Assembly (NCBI GenBank): GCA_965240325.2
Contig: OZ251227.1
Span: 1,178,001-1,242,000 of the forward strand
DNA: 64,000 nt
Source: Rebecca billardiae RCC1528
Taxonomy: Eukaryota > Protista > Haptophyta
Direction: 5' to 3'
Of this stretch, positions 33,538 through 46,800 are shown in pieces; position 1 is the first letter of the stretch; the number at the start of each line of letters is the position of its first letter. The notes beneath the pieces are model-generated. The model was not told where the DNA came from. It searched no databases and worked only from the letters and a program-made list of their open reading frames with translations. A program made the translations under genes and the position numbers.

Positions 33538-34958
33538 TCACTGCACGCGGTGCGCGCCGATGAGGAAGCCGACCGCGAGCGCGAGGAGCACGTGGACTGT
33601 GTGGTCCGAGCGAAGCATCTCCGAAAGCGAGGCCGGCAACGGGGTGCCATCAGCGCGCGCCCCATCGCGAGGCGCGGCGCCACCCGTCGTCACTAGCTGA
33701 GCCGGCGGCACCGGCAGCGGTGGCGGGCTGGTCGCTGCGAGTGCCTGCGCGCGCGCGTGCAGCACGGAGGCGGCGCGCTCCTCAGCGGTCGCGCTCATCG
33801 TGTAGACCCACTGCACCTTCCACGGCCAGCCGTGCGCGTCAAGCATGATGGACTGCAGCTGGGTGAAGAGGTCGTGCGCGGCGTCGATCTCCTCTCGGAA
33901 GATGGACACCGACTCGACCGACACGCCCAGCGGCACGCCCGCCGACGAGGTCTGCGACAGGATGGTGCGCAAGCAGTCGCACAGGATGGCGACCGAGGCC
34001 TTCACGGCCTCGTCCTTCGAGCGCGCCTTGCGCTCCTCCTCGGTCTTGCCCAGGATGCGGTCCTCCACCTCCTTAGGCACGTGGACGCCGAGCCACTTGA
34101 TGAAGGACATCGTCTTCGCGCGGCCACACGGCGCAAACGTGAGGATCACCTACGCGCGCATGGCGTGCGCCGCGTGCGCACAGAGGCGCGCAAGGTCAGT
34201 CGTCTGTCGACGGGCGCGCGACGCGCGAGGCGCCGACAGGCGGTGCGCGGGCGCACCTTGGTCGGCGCGATGTTCTTGTAGCGGCAGAGCGCGCCATACT
34301 CATGCAGGAGCTTGATCGTTGCCTCCGTGTCGTAGATGGCCTGCGAGATGAACCACTTGGCGCCCAGCTCGCTCTTGCGCAGCAGGGCCGTGTGCTCGGT
34401 GCCCTTCTTCGCGTGCCGCTCGGCGATGGTGACGCAGCCGAAGGACGCGGAATTCGCGATCACCTTGGCTGCCGCCTCGGGCATTGACGGGCCCGAGTAC
34501 TGCACGGTCGACGTCGCGCCGCCGACCAGGTTGAAGCACCGGTGGTCGTGCCGCTGCACCGCGTCGTTCATCCAGGCGTCGAAGTCATCGCTCGCACCGG
34601 CGACGCACTTGTAGATCACACACCCCTTGCCCGAGCGGCGCTGCAGCAGCGCGCCGTACTCGGCGGGATCGAGCGTGCGCTTGAATGGAAACGGGCGGGG
34701 GTCCTCCGTCCGCCCCGCCTCGTCCTGGATGTCGTACACGATGAAGCCGTCGGTCGCGAGCGCGCGGGAGCGCGCAACAAACTTCTCGCCGATGTCGGCA
34801 GCCGCCTCGAGGGTGGTGCCCTCGCGGGGTGGCACGGCGCCGAAGAGAAACGTGGGGCGCGTCGGGTCGACGAGCGCCTTCATCAGCGCGGCGGTGGGGG
34901 GCTCGCGCCCGCCCGTATCGCGGCGAGGGGCGAGCTCCGGTGAGCCAGGCGCTGCCAT
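33538..34958 (-). CDS. Bacterial-type methylenetetrahydrofolate reductase-like FAD oxidoreductase with C-terminal TM segment; exons 34958..34257 and 34149..33538
   Basis: FG.VPP, DGFIVYDIQDE.GRT..PRPFPF..TLDP, VIYKCV, IAERH and FISQA.YD; ILTFAPCG..KT..FIKWLG after intron 34150..34256. Confidence 0.8.
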
Positions 34959-36006
34959 CGTGATGCGTGGTCACGTCCTTTCGGCCACGAAAGAGGTCTG
35001 TGGTGATCTGCACAGCAGCGAAACGGGACACACGGCTTGCACGCGCTGCTCTTTGCACGCCCGAAATGGGTGTGAGTGCGTGCTGACGCCGAGGGAGTAG
35101 CCACGCAAGGCTGTCACCTCAGTAGCCGACTGATGCGTCCTGTACCATACTCATTCTATGATTTAACGACACAGGTAGGACGACGCGGGTCTCCTGATTC
35201 GTCGGCGGCAGTGCCCGATCGTCGACACGAAGTCGGCGCTGGTGGCAGAGCATAGCCTGCACCGCGATCGTAAAGCTTGAGCGCGGCCTTGAGCTGCTGA
35301 AGCGCGATCCACCTGCGCTGCGCGGCTGTAGCTGCTTCTATTGCTGCTTCGAACGGCATGTGTGATGACGACCGGCGCCCGGTGCACGGCTTCTGCCGCG
35401 TTGCACATTAACGCAGAGGGTTACAGGCTGTCGCGAGAGGCATGCGAGGGCTACTCGACCACATGGTGGGTATGGTGCGATGTCAGGCCCGCACGAGCGG
35501 CGCTGAGGCCCAACAGCGGCGCGTGGCGTCGCCCACGTCGCTCTTCCAAGCGGCCGCCCTCGCTTTTGGGCGCCAGTCTTCCATCGGGACCAGCGCAGGT
35601 TCGGGGCACATCGAAGCGGTCTGGTACGACAATCATAGTAGTAGGAGTACTCGTATGACGTTACGCGGTGCGTCCTTCTCTATCGCACGACCACATTTAT
35701 ACGACGGTTGGGGTGCTTTCGCGCAAAGCACCCTTATTTCTGCCTAAATCATAGTCCAGGCTTCCAGGGGAGAGGGGTAAAGAGGGGTAATCGTACACTC
35801 ATGTGGGTCGCGAACGAATATTCGCTGAGCGGTTGATGAGCGTGCTGCGGCCCAAGCTCACCCCGAACCGTGATGTCATTGATGTCAGCCATAGGAAATC
35901 GCGCTACCCAGCCAATCCAGGAAGCGTCCCAACCGTCCATCCTTGCTTGCAAGGCCCAAACCTTACCCACCAAACAGCCACACCCCGTCCTCCGCCACCA
36001 CCAGCG

Positions 36007-36477
36007 ATGACGACCGCAGCTGCCCCAAACAACAACCCGATCGACCGCGTGACTCACCTCATCGCCGATGCGATGCATCCACACGAGTACCCGCTCAACC
36101 GCGACATCGCCATAGAGCATGGCCTCGACGTGCGCGCCTCCACCCTCGGCGGCGTTGGTGACGGACTCTACGCGGCCAAGAAGTTCAAGAAGGGCGACCC
36201 AATCGGCTCATACGCCGGCCACGTCGTCTCGGAAGAGCGTGCCAAGCGCCTGAGTGCAGAGCAGCGCCAGTATGTGCTCGACGGCTTCGTGAACAACATG
36301 TCTGTCGACGCGCACCGCGACGCCAATATGTTGACGCGCTACATCCGCGAGCACCCGAACGAGTCCATGCTGAACTGCGAGTTCGTGCGCCGACCGCACG
36401 AGTACATCGCGATCGCGTATGCAACGCGCGATATTGAGGTCGGCGAAGAAATCTACGCAGTGCACCACGCCGTCTGA
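36007..36477 (+). CDS. Small stand-alone SET-domain protein (156 aa, atypical active-site motifs) in a lower-GC island
   Basis: LDVRASTL.G.GDGLYA.K.FKKGD.IG.YAG ... TRYI.EH...NCEF ... YATRDI.VGEEIY. Intronless, and codon usage is less GC-skewed than in the flanking genes. Confidence 0.8.
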   Translation: MTTAAAPNNNPIDRVTHLIADAMHPHEYPLNRDIAIEHGLDVRASTLGGVGDGLYAAKKFKKGDPIGSYAGHVVSEERAKRLSAEQRQYVLDGFVNNMSVDAHRDANMLTRYIREHPNESMLNCEFVRRPHEYIAIAYATRDIEVGEEIYAVHHAV

Positions 36478-37172
36478 ACGCGGAGTCCCTAGCAGTCACC
36501 AACCGCACGTGCACGGCCGGCTGAGCGCGCGGACCGTTCGGGGCCAGTCCCTGGCACTCGAGTCGCGGACCGCGAAGCCTTCGCGATCTGAGTCCGGACC
36601 CTTTGACAGCCAAAACGTCCATGATGAGCCAACGGTCCGAGCGTCAATTTACATTGGTCAGAATCAGCTAGCCTCGTCCACTTCGCCTCCGCAGTGCCGC
36701 CCGCCACGGTCAACCCCGGCGGGTAGTAGCCGCGGGCGGCGCCCCGTCGGCGCGGACCCGCCTGTCAGTGTCACACTCTCGGCAGTCGCGCGGCGCGGTC
36801 CTGACAGACCCGGCGCGGCAGCGGCGGCGCCGCGCCGCGCGCGGGTCGCACTCTAGTATTCTACGGTCGGGCCACTAAAGATTAACAGTCGGAGTGTGAT
36901 TCGGTTATATTCTAACTAGATACCGGATGCTCCGAGTAAAACCGCCAGAATTCGGCCCTTACCCCGTAAGTACCCGGCGAATTATTATTGTAATTGGACC
37001 GGTTACGCCCTTACGGGTTTAGAGGCGCGCTGCAGATTATAAGTCATACCGATACGAGTCACTAGCACAGACGAGTGTGATTCGGCTGGCACCGCTCCGT
37101 GCACTCTGTACAGTTTACTAAGAATATTATTAAGAGACGCACACAGCTCAGGCAGGCGTAATGATCGTCATC

Positions 37173-37173
<1 letters not shown>

Positions 37174-37234
<61 letters not shown>
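37174..37234. repeat. (CA)n microsatellite, about 30 units
   Basis: Direct reading. Confidence 0.98.
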
Positions 37235-37237
<3 letters not shown>

Positions 37238-37873
37238 CATTTAACTACTGTGACCCAGCTGTATTTCAAACTCATTTTCGAGGTATCATACTTTCTGTCC
37301 TCTTGGTCCGACGAATATGTCATAATGGCTTTCAGACTAATCATTTGATCAGTACGTCTTCTCGCCCCTTCCCGAACATCCGGCCGCATTCCGTCCTCAG
37401 TCCCGTGATGTGAGTTACGGGCGCGCGGCCAGAGCTCGTGCCTCGTAGTCGTGGCGCCAGCCTCGAAGACTAAGACCGAGCAGGCCGGGCCGCACTCGGC
37501 AGCGCGCGGCGGCGCATGCGCCATCATGCGCGTCCCGGAGCGGCGGAGCGCGAGCTGAACTACGCTCGCGCGCCCACGTGCTCTCCTGGGTGTGCAGAGT
37601 ACTTCAGACTGGCTTACACCGCAGTGACCACCTCACACGGTTGCTGTGAGCTAGGCTCGCAGCGCTGCTATTGTAGCCAACGGCCCGAACGGGGTCGGGG
37701 GGGTTGCGAGTTCAGAGTGCTTGCTGAGCAAGCGAACGGCGCGCGGTCGTCGTGCTTTTTCGCGCGCTGGCCGCGCAGCCCTGCGGAGTTTTCGTCATTT
37801 TCGCGCCCATTTTCGCTCGCGCGGTCGCGGACGAGCAAGGCGCGCGGCTTCGCGGGAGGCTCTCGCTGCGGCC

Positions 37874-40800
37874 ATGGCTCGGCACGTCCGGCTCGCGAAC
37901 GAGATCGCGCGCCTGCACCAGGGCTTGCTCTCCTCGGATAAGCGCGACGTGCGCACCGCATTCAAGGAGCTGCCCGAGCTCGTGCGCATCTCCGGCGTGC
38001 CTGAGCTGCTCGACGAGGGTGCGGCGGTGGCGCGCGTATCGTGGGGCGAGCTGGTGAGCGCCGCGGCGGAGGCTCTGCTGCGGCTCGACCGGCTGACGCA
38101 GCCGCTGGTCGACTCGCTCGCGGCTCTCGTCCAGAAGGCAGAGCAGCGCGGGCCGCGGCTGCACGACGCGTCGGTCGACGTGACGCGCGCCATGTGTGCG
38201 CTCGCCCATCACGCACTCCATGCATGCGCCGAGGACGTCAAGATGGCGCCGTGCGTGCGCGTGCTCCTAGCGACTGTGGAGGGCCTCCTGTCGCAGCCCG
38301 CATACTACACCTCCATGGCCGAGGGTCAGCTTCGGGATCTCGTCGGCGGCGTGCACGAGCTCTTTGCCGACGCGCGCTCGCTGCATGCGCGCGACGACCT
38401 CGCCGCGCCGGTCGACCTCGCGCGGCCGCTCGGCGTGCTGCGCGCGCTCGTCTCGTGCGTACCGGAGATGGTGGACGGGCGTGTTGCCAGCCTCGTCGGC
38501 CAGCTGGGCGACGTGCTCCTCAGCGCGAGGCCAGCCCACGCGCCGTCAGGCGCGTGGCGCGCATTGCTCACGCTGCTCGAGCGGCACGGCACCGGAGCGC
38601 TCGTCGAGTGTGTCGAGCTCGGTGACTCGGCCGAGCTCGTGGGGCGGGCGGACCGGCTGTGGGAGCTGCGGGACGCGACGCAGATGGTGAGCGCGCTCGC
38701 CTTCGCGCGCTGGCAGCTGCGCGCGCGCGACGTGCTCTGCCGCGCGCCGTCGGCAGAGCTCGTGCAGCTGGGAGCCAAGATTGCGTCCGTGTCCGAGGCG
38801 CACGCGACGGCCGCGGCGACGTTGCTACCGTCGGGCCTTCAGCTCTTCCGGCTCGTGACCGCGGAGCGGCAGCACGCGCGCGCGCGCGCGTACCTCCGCT
38901 TCGTCGCGCACGCGGCGAGCGCCGCCGTCCCCGCCCCGGGCGTTGCGGCGGATGACGAGGCCGAGCGCGCAAGCAAGCGGCCTCGCCGGCAGCCGCCGGG
39001 CATGCCGCCACCCTCTGGAGCGTGGCTCCTGCGTGGCGGGTGCTGGCACGACCTGCGCGCGCGGCTCGCGGCGAGCGCCGACGCGTCCGCCGCGCGCGGC
39101 CTCGCCCTCAACCGCGGCCGCCTGCAGCCGCTCCTCCTCACCGCCGCGCTGCTTGAGGCGGGGCCTCACCCGCCGCCACTGGAGGTGGCGGAGACGGGCG
39201 CCGCCGCGGTGCCCGTGCGCGCGTCTGCCTGGCTGCTGCCGCTCCTGTGCGCGCACGTGTCGCCGGTGGGCGAGGAGGCATCGTGCGTGGCGCTCGTGTG
39301 CATCGCGCTCCTCGCACACCGCGAGGTGGCGCGCCGCGCAGCGTGCGACTCGCTCGCTGACGCCGAGGGCGCACCGAGCGATCTGCTCGAGAGTGCGACC
39401 AGTGCTGCCGCTGCTGCGAGCGGTGTGCCTGGCAGCCTCGGTGCAGCGGGCATGGGCGCGACCGGCGGCGAAGACGGCGACTGGGAGCAGGCGGCTGTCA
39501 CGCTTCTCCAGCTCCCGTTCTCCACGACCACGGGATACAACGAGCTGCGCTTCGATGCGCTGCGAGCTGTCTGCTGCTCGCCCGCGCTCGCGGGCGAGCG
39601 AGCGGCGATGCGCGCGCTCACAGAGGCAGCGCGCTGGGTGATGCATGCGGCGGCGATCGGCGCGAGCGGCGCGGGCGCGATGATGACGGGCGGCGCGAGT
39701 GCCGGCCCCGCAACCGCCGCCGCGGCGACCTCTGCCGGCGCGCGCCCGGAGAGCGTCGCGGACGCGACCCAGGCGGCCGTGAGCGCCACGGCCGCGCACG
39801 CCCCCCACGTGGATGCGCAGTCTGTCGCTGACAGTTGGTTGGTCGTGCTGCATGAGGTCTCGCTGCTCCTGCCCGCGGAGGCGTTCCACGCGGCGGTGCT
39901 CTCGCGCGCGGACCTGCCGTTGCTCTTCCGCTGGCTCATCGCCGACGCAGCCGTCAGCACAGAGCGCGTCACCGCGCTGAGCGTGCTCCGCGCCCGCAAG
40001 CCGGGAGGACCGCTCAGCGTGCGCGCGCTGCGCGCCGCCCGCCGCTCGCGCGTGCTGTGCGCGGCGCGTGGCGTGCTCCTCCGGCTGGCGGGCGTGTCTG
40101 CGCCTGAGCGGCTGCCGCGGCTGCCGTTCGCCCCGCTCGAGCTCGAGCCTCTCATGCCTGCATGGCTCGGCGAGTCTCGCGCCGGCGCTGGTCCCAGCGG
40201 CGGGGGCAGCCCACGCTGGCGCGCCGCTCCCGCCCTCGACGGTGCCGATTCGGATGGCGGCCTGGACGATGTCGACGACATGGTCGTGCACCTGGACGGC
40301 GGCGAGACGGGCCTGACGGTGCTCGAGCGCGCGCTGCGCGACGCCGGCGGGCAGCGCACGCAACCCGCCGTGCGGCCGGACGCTGCCGCGGACGCGTGTG
40401 GCGACAGCAACGGCAGCGGCACGGCACACATCATCCTCACCGCCGCGCGTGTGCTCCGTGCGAGCGTAGCGCCGCTGCTGCCCTTTGAGGGCGCCGTGGC
40501 GGAGGCGGTGCGGCGTGCGCTCGAGCACTGCCGCTCGCACGCGGCCGTGCGCAACGCCGGGCTCCCGCCGCCGCACCTCCTCCACGCCGTGCTCCTCGGC
40601 GCCCAGCTTGTCGCTGCGCGGTGCACAACGCGCGCGCACTCCGGCGCGGCCACGCCCGCGGCGATTGAGCTCGTCCGGTGCGTGGGGACAGGCATCGAGC
40701 AGCTGTGCGCGTCCGTGGCCACGTCCAACCCGAAGGCGGACGTCGGCGCGCTCGAGTGGATCGAGCGCGCGCTCGCGCCCGTGGCGTGCTCCGCCGCGTG

Positions 40801-43800
40801 CGCGCCGCTCCTCGTCGCGCTCACACGGGGCGCGGCCGAGGCGGTCCTTCGGCGCTTCGACGCAGTCGGGCTCGCGACCGCAGTCGAGAGCGCCGGGCTC
40901 GGTGGCCTCGTCGGTGCAGGCGGCGCGTATGGCGGTGCGCGCAGCACGATGCGCATGGCGTCCTGCGCTGGCTCGCAGGAGATGGACGCGCTGGACGAGG
41001 AGTTCGCCACGACGAGCTCCGTCACGGCGCAGCTCGGCGGCGGCGGCCGGGCCTTCGCCGGCCGGAGCGGGTCTCCGTCGCGATCCGTGATGACGTCGAG
41101 CTGCGCAGCGACCGCGAGCGCAGCCGCCGCCGCGCTCGGCGCGGGCAGCGGCGGGAGCATGCTGTACGCGGGCGGCGGAAGTGGCGGCGGTGGCGGCGAC
41201 GCGAGCGCGCAGCTAGCCGCGCTGTGCTCGACGGTCGGACGGCTGCTGACACTGTGCGCACCGCTCATGCGCACGGGCGCATCAGGTCCAATGCGGTTGC
41301 CCTCGCCTGTCGTCGGCATCACTGAGCTGCGCTCGCTCCGAGCGGCGCTCTGGACGCTCGCTGAGGGCGCGCTCGCGCCCGCTGACGAGGGCGCCGGGCA
41401 GCGCGCGCGCGTCGACGAGGCCACATCCGTCGGTGCGCTGCACGCGCACTCCGTCGAGCTGCTCCTGCCGCTCTTTGACGCCCTCGGCGCCGGCGGCGTG
41501 TCTCTGCGCCGCTGTGTGCGCGCCCTCCGCGCGCTGCGCGCCCTGTGCATGCGCGTGCCCTCGGCGCACGCATGGACGCTCGCGCTCGCGTGCTCGCGAC
41601 GCATGTGCGCCACAAGTGCGCGCGCGAGTGGTGGCTCGGCCCCATCGCCCGTGGTCTCCGCCGCCTTTGTGCTGCTGCACTCGTGCATCGTGTGGCTCAA
41701 GGCTGAGCCACCTGTCGGTCGAGGCCGCGCTGCCGAGCGCGCGCACCCCGCACCGGCGCGCACCGAGCGGTACGGCAGCGCGCGGCTGCGGCGCGAGCTG
41801 GTCGTGTCCATCTCGGCTGTGCTCGGCTGGTGCGAGCCGGCGTACCAGGGCGCGAGCGAGCCACCAGCGCCAGCTGCGTGGCTTCGGCCGGGTGCCACGT
41901 CTCCCAGCGAGGCTTTGGTCGACCTCACGTTGGCCGAGGCCGGGCACCGAGTTGCGAGCGCCGGAGCCATCGACAAGCCCGCGGCGCTCGGCGGCGGCGG
42001 CGGCGACGACGATGACGACGGCATGGGCATCGCACTCACCGCGGCGGAGGCGCGGGACGACGATGACGACGCGTCCGCAGACGACGGCGGCGACCATCTC
42101 CTGCTCGATCAGCTCGACGCGCGCAGTGACGACACGCGCCGCACCGCCCTCGTCGCAGCGCTCGAGCCCGCCCTGATGGTGCTCGGTGACACGTCGCTCG
42201 CGGTGCGGCTGACCAGCGTGCAGCAGATGGCGTGCCTTCGCCGGCTGCCGGAGCGCTGGGCACTGAGCATGCTCTTCCCCGCGATGCAGGCGCTCGCAAA
42301 CGCCGACGCCAAGTCGAGCGCGCGGCCACTCGCGCGCCGGCTCTCGAGCGCCCTCGCCCTCGCCGAGGCCAGCGCGCACGCCGACCGTCTGCAGGCCTTG
42401 CTGCTGTTTGAGCTCAGCCGCTTCCACCGCGTGCGCATCCCCGCCGCGCTCGCTTCCAGCTGCCTCGGCGCGCGCGCGCCGCCGGCCGCGGCCGAGGTCG
42501 CGTACGTCGTCTGGCGCTGGGTGCACAGCGGCTGGCCCCTGCGCGAGCTCCCGCCGGCAGTGCTGGGATACGGCGAGCGCGGCGCGCTCTTCAGCGCGCA
42601 CCGCGCGCTCGTGCTGGTCGCGAGCCTCGCCGCCGCCCGCCCGCCCCCCGCCGACGCGACGGGCGCGGAAGCCAGTCCGCCCGACGAGACCGGCGCCGAG
42701 GCGCGCGCGCGCGCCGCGCGCGATCGGCTGCTCGAGGCGTGCGCCGCGCTGGGCGTGCGCACCTCCGACGTGTTCGCGCAGCGCGGCGACGCGGCGGTGC
42801 CCGCGAGCGCGCTGCACGTGTACGCGTGCCTCCTCGCGCCGGGCGGGCCCGCGCACGAGGCGGAGGGCGTGCCGTCGTGGCCCACGGTGCGCGCGGCGCT
42901 GCGCGCGCTCGGTCTGGTCGAGCCGCTCGACGAGGCCGTGCTGACCCACGGCCTGGGCGCGCTCATCAGCGCCATCTTCGCCCTCGTGGTCGACGACGGC
43001 GAGACGAGCCGCGAGGACGCAGAGGACGGGCTCGCCCTCAGCCGGGACGAGGCGATGGCGGCCGAGTTGCAGTGGCGCTGGCCGTGCCGCACGCGCACGC
43101 AGACGCGGGGCGCGCTCGAGGCGCTCGCGCGCGGCGCGGGCTCGAAGCGCACCCTCGCCTCCAGCGCGAAAGCCCTCCTCCAGTCCGCGCCAGCCGCCGC
43201 CGCAGACGTCCTCCTGTTGCTGAACGCGCGGCTGCACCTCGGCTGCGCGCACCAGCACGACACGACCGCGCGGCGCGGCGCCGCGGCGTCGTCGGCCCAG
43301 ACGAGCGGGCTTGACGACGGGAGGCACGGCGCGCCACCGCTCACGCGCGCGGCCAACGTGCTCGCGGCCGTGCGCCTGCTGCTCGAGCTCCTCGCGGAGT
43401 CCATCGTCGACTCGTCGGCGACGGTGCAGCAGGCTCTCTCCCTGCTGATGGCGATCGCGCGCGCGGCCAGCGCGGAGCGCGGCTTTGCCGCCGCACGGGT
43501 CGGGTGTCGCGCCGCCCGCGCCGTGCACCGCGTGCTAGGCCTCGTCGCCGCGGCTAAGCGTGATGCCGCGGCCAGCGCGGACACGGAGGGAGAGACGGTG
43601 GCTCACGAGCTCGCGGAGGCCATCGCGACGGCGCACGCGCACGCGCTCGGCGTGTTCGCCGCGCGCAAGGGCCCTGCCGCGACACACGCGGCCAATGCGC
43701 TCGCGGCGCTCGCCGACACCGGGGTGAGCCTCAGCAGCACGGACTCGGGCCTGGCGGCGGCCGAGGGCGCGGGAGAAGCCAGCGGCGCGAGCGGCGCGAG

Positions 43801-46800
43801 TCCTGCAAGCCCAGGGCTTGTGCCGCCGCCGCTCGGCCAGCTCCTCGTCGCGCTCGCCGACGCGTGGCGGCGCGAGGCACGCCGGCCAGCAGCCGCCGAG
43901 CTCCGCCGCCTCCGGCTCTCGGCTCAGGCCCACAACGCCGCCGGTGCCGCGGATGCCCAGCGCTCGGCCGCTAGCCCCCGTGACCGGAGAACCCGGGTGG
44001 AGCCGAGCACGGGCGAGGCGAGCGAGGCGCACGCGTACGTGCTGCGTGCCCTGCTCCGCGCGTGCTCATCCGCCCACGCTGTCGACGCCGTCGGGCACGA
44101 CGTGCGCGCGCTCGCGAGCGCGTGCCTCGGCGAGCTTGTGCGCTCGCCGCTCGGCGGCGCCGAGCGCGGCGCGCCCGGCGTCGCGACGCTCGGCGGGAAC
44201 GCAGCATTTGGCACCGACGAGGGCGAGGTGGAGCTCGCGCTCCTCGACGGCACGATCGCTGGGCGCCTGCTCCTTGAGCCAGCGCCGTCGGCCGCTGTGG
44301 CCGGCGCGGACGCGGCCGCCGGCGCGGATGAGCGGCCAGCAGGCCCGTCGGAGGAGCTGCTGCTGACGTACGGGATCGGCGCGGCGGACGACATCTCGGC
44401 GGACGAGCTGGGTGACGACGAGGGGCCGACGGCGGCGCGCTCGACGTACGGCGCGGGTCTCGCCGCGGCGATCGAGCTCGGCGGCGCGGAGCACGGCACG
44501 GGCAAGGCGCTCGGCGTGCTCGTCGACGCGAGCACGCGGGACGCGCTGTGGCGGTTGCGCGCACTCGTCGCGCGGCCGAGCGCGCATGACCCGCTCACCG
44601 CGCTGCTGGCGGCGCACGCGCTGCGTGCTGCGCTGGCCGAGGACTCGGCGCAGCAGACGCTCCTCCGGCCTGCGGTGCGCGCGGGTGCGACCGCAAGGCT
44701 CCGCGCCGGCGGCCGCTCCGCGCCGGCCGCGGGCGCTGCCGCCGCCGCCGCCCAGTTTGGGCCCGGAGATCGGCTGCTGCTCTCAGATCTGCGCTCGTTC
44801 GCCGGCAGCTCGCACTGGCGGCGCATGGCGTGCCCCGCGCTCGAGCGCGCGCTCGCGCTCGACGCCGACGAGACCGCGTTCCCGCTGCACGCGCCGGCCG
44901 CGTGGGACGGCAGCGGCAGGCCGGTGGACGCGTGGGTGTGCGAGCTGACGCACTCCTTGCTGTGCGAGGCGGCCGCAGCGGGCGGCGCCCTGCACCACTT
45001 CCGCTTCGTGGCGCGCCGCCGGCCCGAGCTCGCGCGCGCGCTGCTGCCGGCCGCGCTCGCGTGCGTGCTGCACGCGGACGCGCCGCTCTCCGCGCCCGAC
45101 GCGCCGGCCACCACCTTTGCCGAGCTGCTCGCACGCCAGCTCAGCCGCGTGTTCCGCGCGCACGCGAGCGCGCCGCGCGGCGTGCTGCGGACACTGCTGC
45201 GCGCCCTCGGCTGCCTGTGGCAGATGTTCCTGCGCGCCGGGCCGGCGGCAGCGGTTGGCGTGGCGGCGGCGGGCGCGGATGCCGCGGCAGCCGACCGCGG
45301 CCGACGCCGCCTCTCGCACGCGCCGCCGGACGCCGCGGGCAGGAACCGCGACGCGTGCGCCGCGGCCGTGCACTTGCTCTTTGCGAGGCTCGACCTGTGC
45401 GAGTGCGCGGCCGCGTGGCTCGCGGTCGGCGCGCACTCGAGCGCGCTGCAGCAGCTCGAGCTGTTCGCGATCCGCGCGCAGGAGCTGCAGCCCGCCACCG
45501 TCGCGACCTCCTCGCACGCCACGCGCCTGCTGCTCAAGGCGGTCGCCTCCTCCGCCGAGCCCGACGGCGTCTTCGGCACGATGCACGTCACGGCGGCGGC
45601 AGACGACACGTCGTCGTGGCTGGCGACGGCGCTCGCTCGCGGCGAGTGGACGCGCGCGCTGTGCATGTACGACGCGAGCCTGCAGGACGCGCAGCTGTGC
45701 GCCGCGGCGGCCGTCCACGCCGCCGCGCGCGAGCAGGCCGAGCCGCGCGACGACGCTCACCTCGGTGCCGATGGCGACGACGCCCTCGCCGCCCCGGGCG
45801 TGCTCGCAGCCGAGCGCGCGGTCGAGCGGTTGCGCGGCCACGCCGCCGACTGCCTCGCCGAGCTGGGCTGCACGTTCTCGGCGCACGAGCTGCTGCTGCG
45901 CGGCGAGCACGGGGCGGCAGCGCTGGCGAGCCTGCGCCCTCCGCTGCGAGAGCGCGCGTTCGAGTGCGCGTGGCGTCTCGCGCAGTGGACGAGCGTCGCC
46001 GCGCCGCGCGGCGGAGGCAGCGGCGGCGTCGGCGGCCACGGCAGCGGTGCGTGGGGACAGCCGGGCGCGGGTGCAGACGCGAGCCCGCTCGGGAGCGCGG
46101 CGGCGGCCTCGGCGGCGGGCGGTGCGCACGACCCGCGTGGCGTGCACGAGCGCCTCTTCGTCGCGATGTGCGCGCTCCGTGCCGGCGACTCGCGCGCCGA
46201 GGTGCGTGCCCGGCTGGAGGAGTGCCGGCAGGCTGTCTCCAGCTCGCTCGCCCTCTCGGCTGTTGAGGGCGGCGGCGCGCTCAGCAACGATTTGTGCGCC
46301 CTGCAGCTGGTCGCGGAGGTGGAGGCGGTGGTCGAGCTCGCGCGCCCGGCGGTGGAAGCAGGCCTGCTCGCCGGCGCCGGCTGCAGCCCGTCGCCGCGGC
46401 GCGCAGGCGCGAGCGCAGCGCGGCGCGAGCTCGCACCCCGCAGCGGCGGGGCCTGTGCCGCGGCGACCGCCACCGCCGCTGCCGCCGATGGCGGTGCGCC
46501 GCTGCTGTCAGACGCGGCCATCGTGCAGCTGCGGCACGCCTGGGGCCGGCAGCAGCCGACGCTCGCCAGGCGCGATGCGCGCTGGGCGGAATCCGTGGTC
46601 TCCGTGCGCGCGTCGATGCTCTCGCTCTGCGGCCGGAGCGACGCCCTCCCGGAGCTGTTCACGCGAGCGAGCGCCGCCGCGCGCGCGTCGGGCCACTCGC
46701 AGGTCGCGGCTCGGTACGTCGCGCAGCTGCCGCCGGTGCAGCTGAGCGCGCTCGCACCTTCGGCAAGCGGCGCGGGCGGCGGTCCGGATGCCGCGCGGCG

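Noticed and set aside
35156-35747. Small ORFs upstream of the SET gene
   Set aside because: No recognisable motifs and conflicting frames, so they cannot be supported as genes.
36811-36857. Helitron 3' end (GC hairpin then CTAG|T) closing the SET island
   Set aside because: GC hairpins and CTAG are frequent in these spacers, and no matching 5' end was identified.
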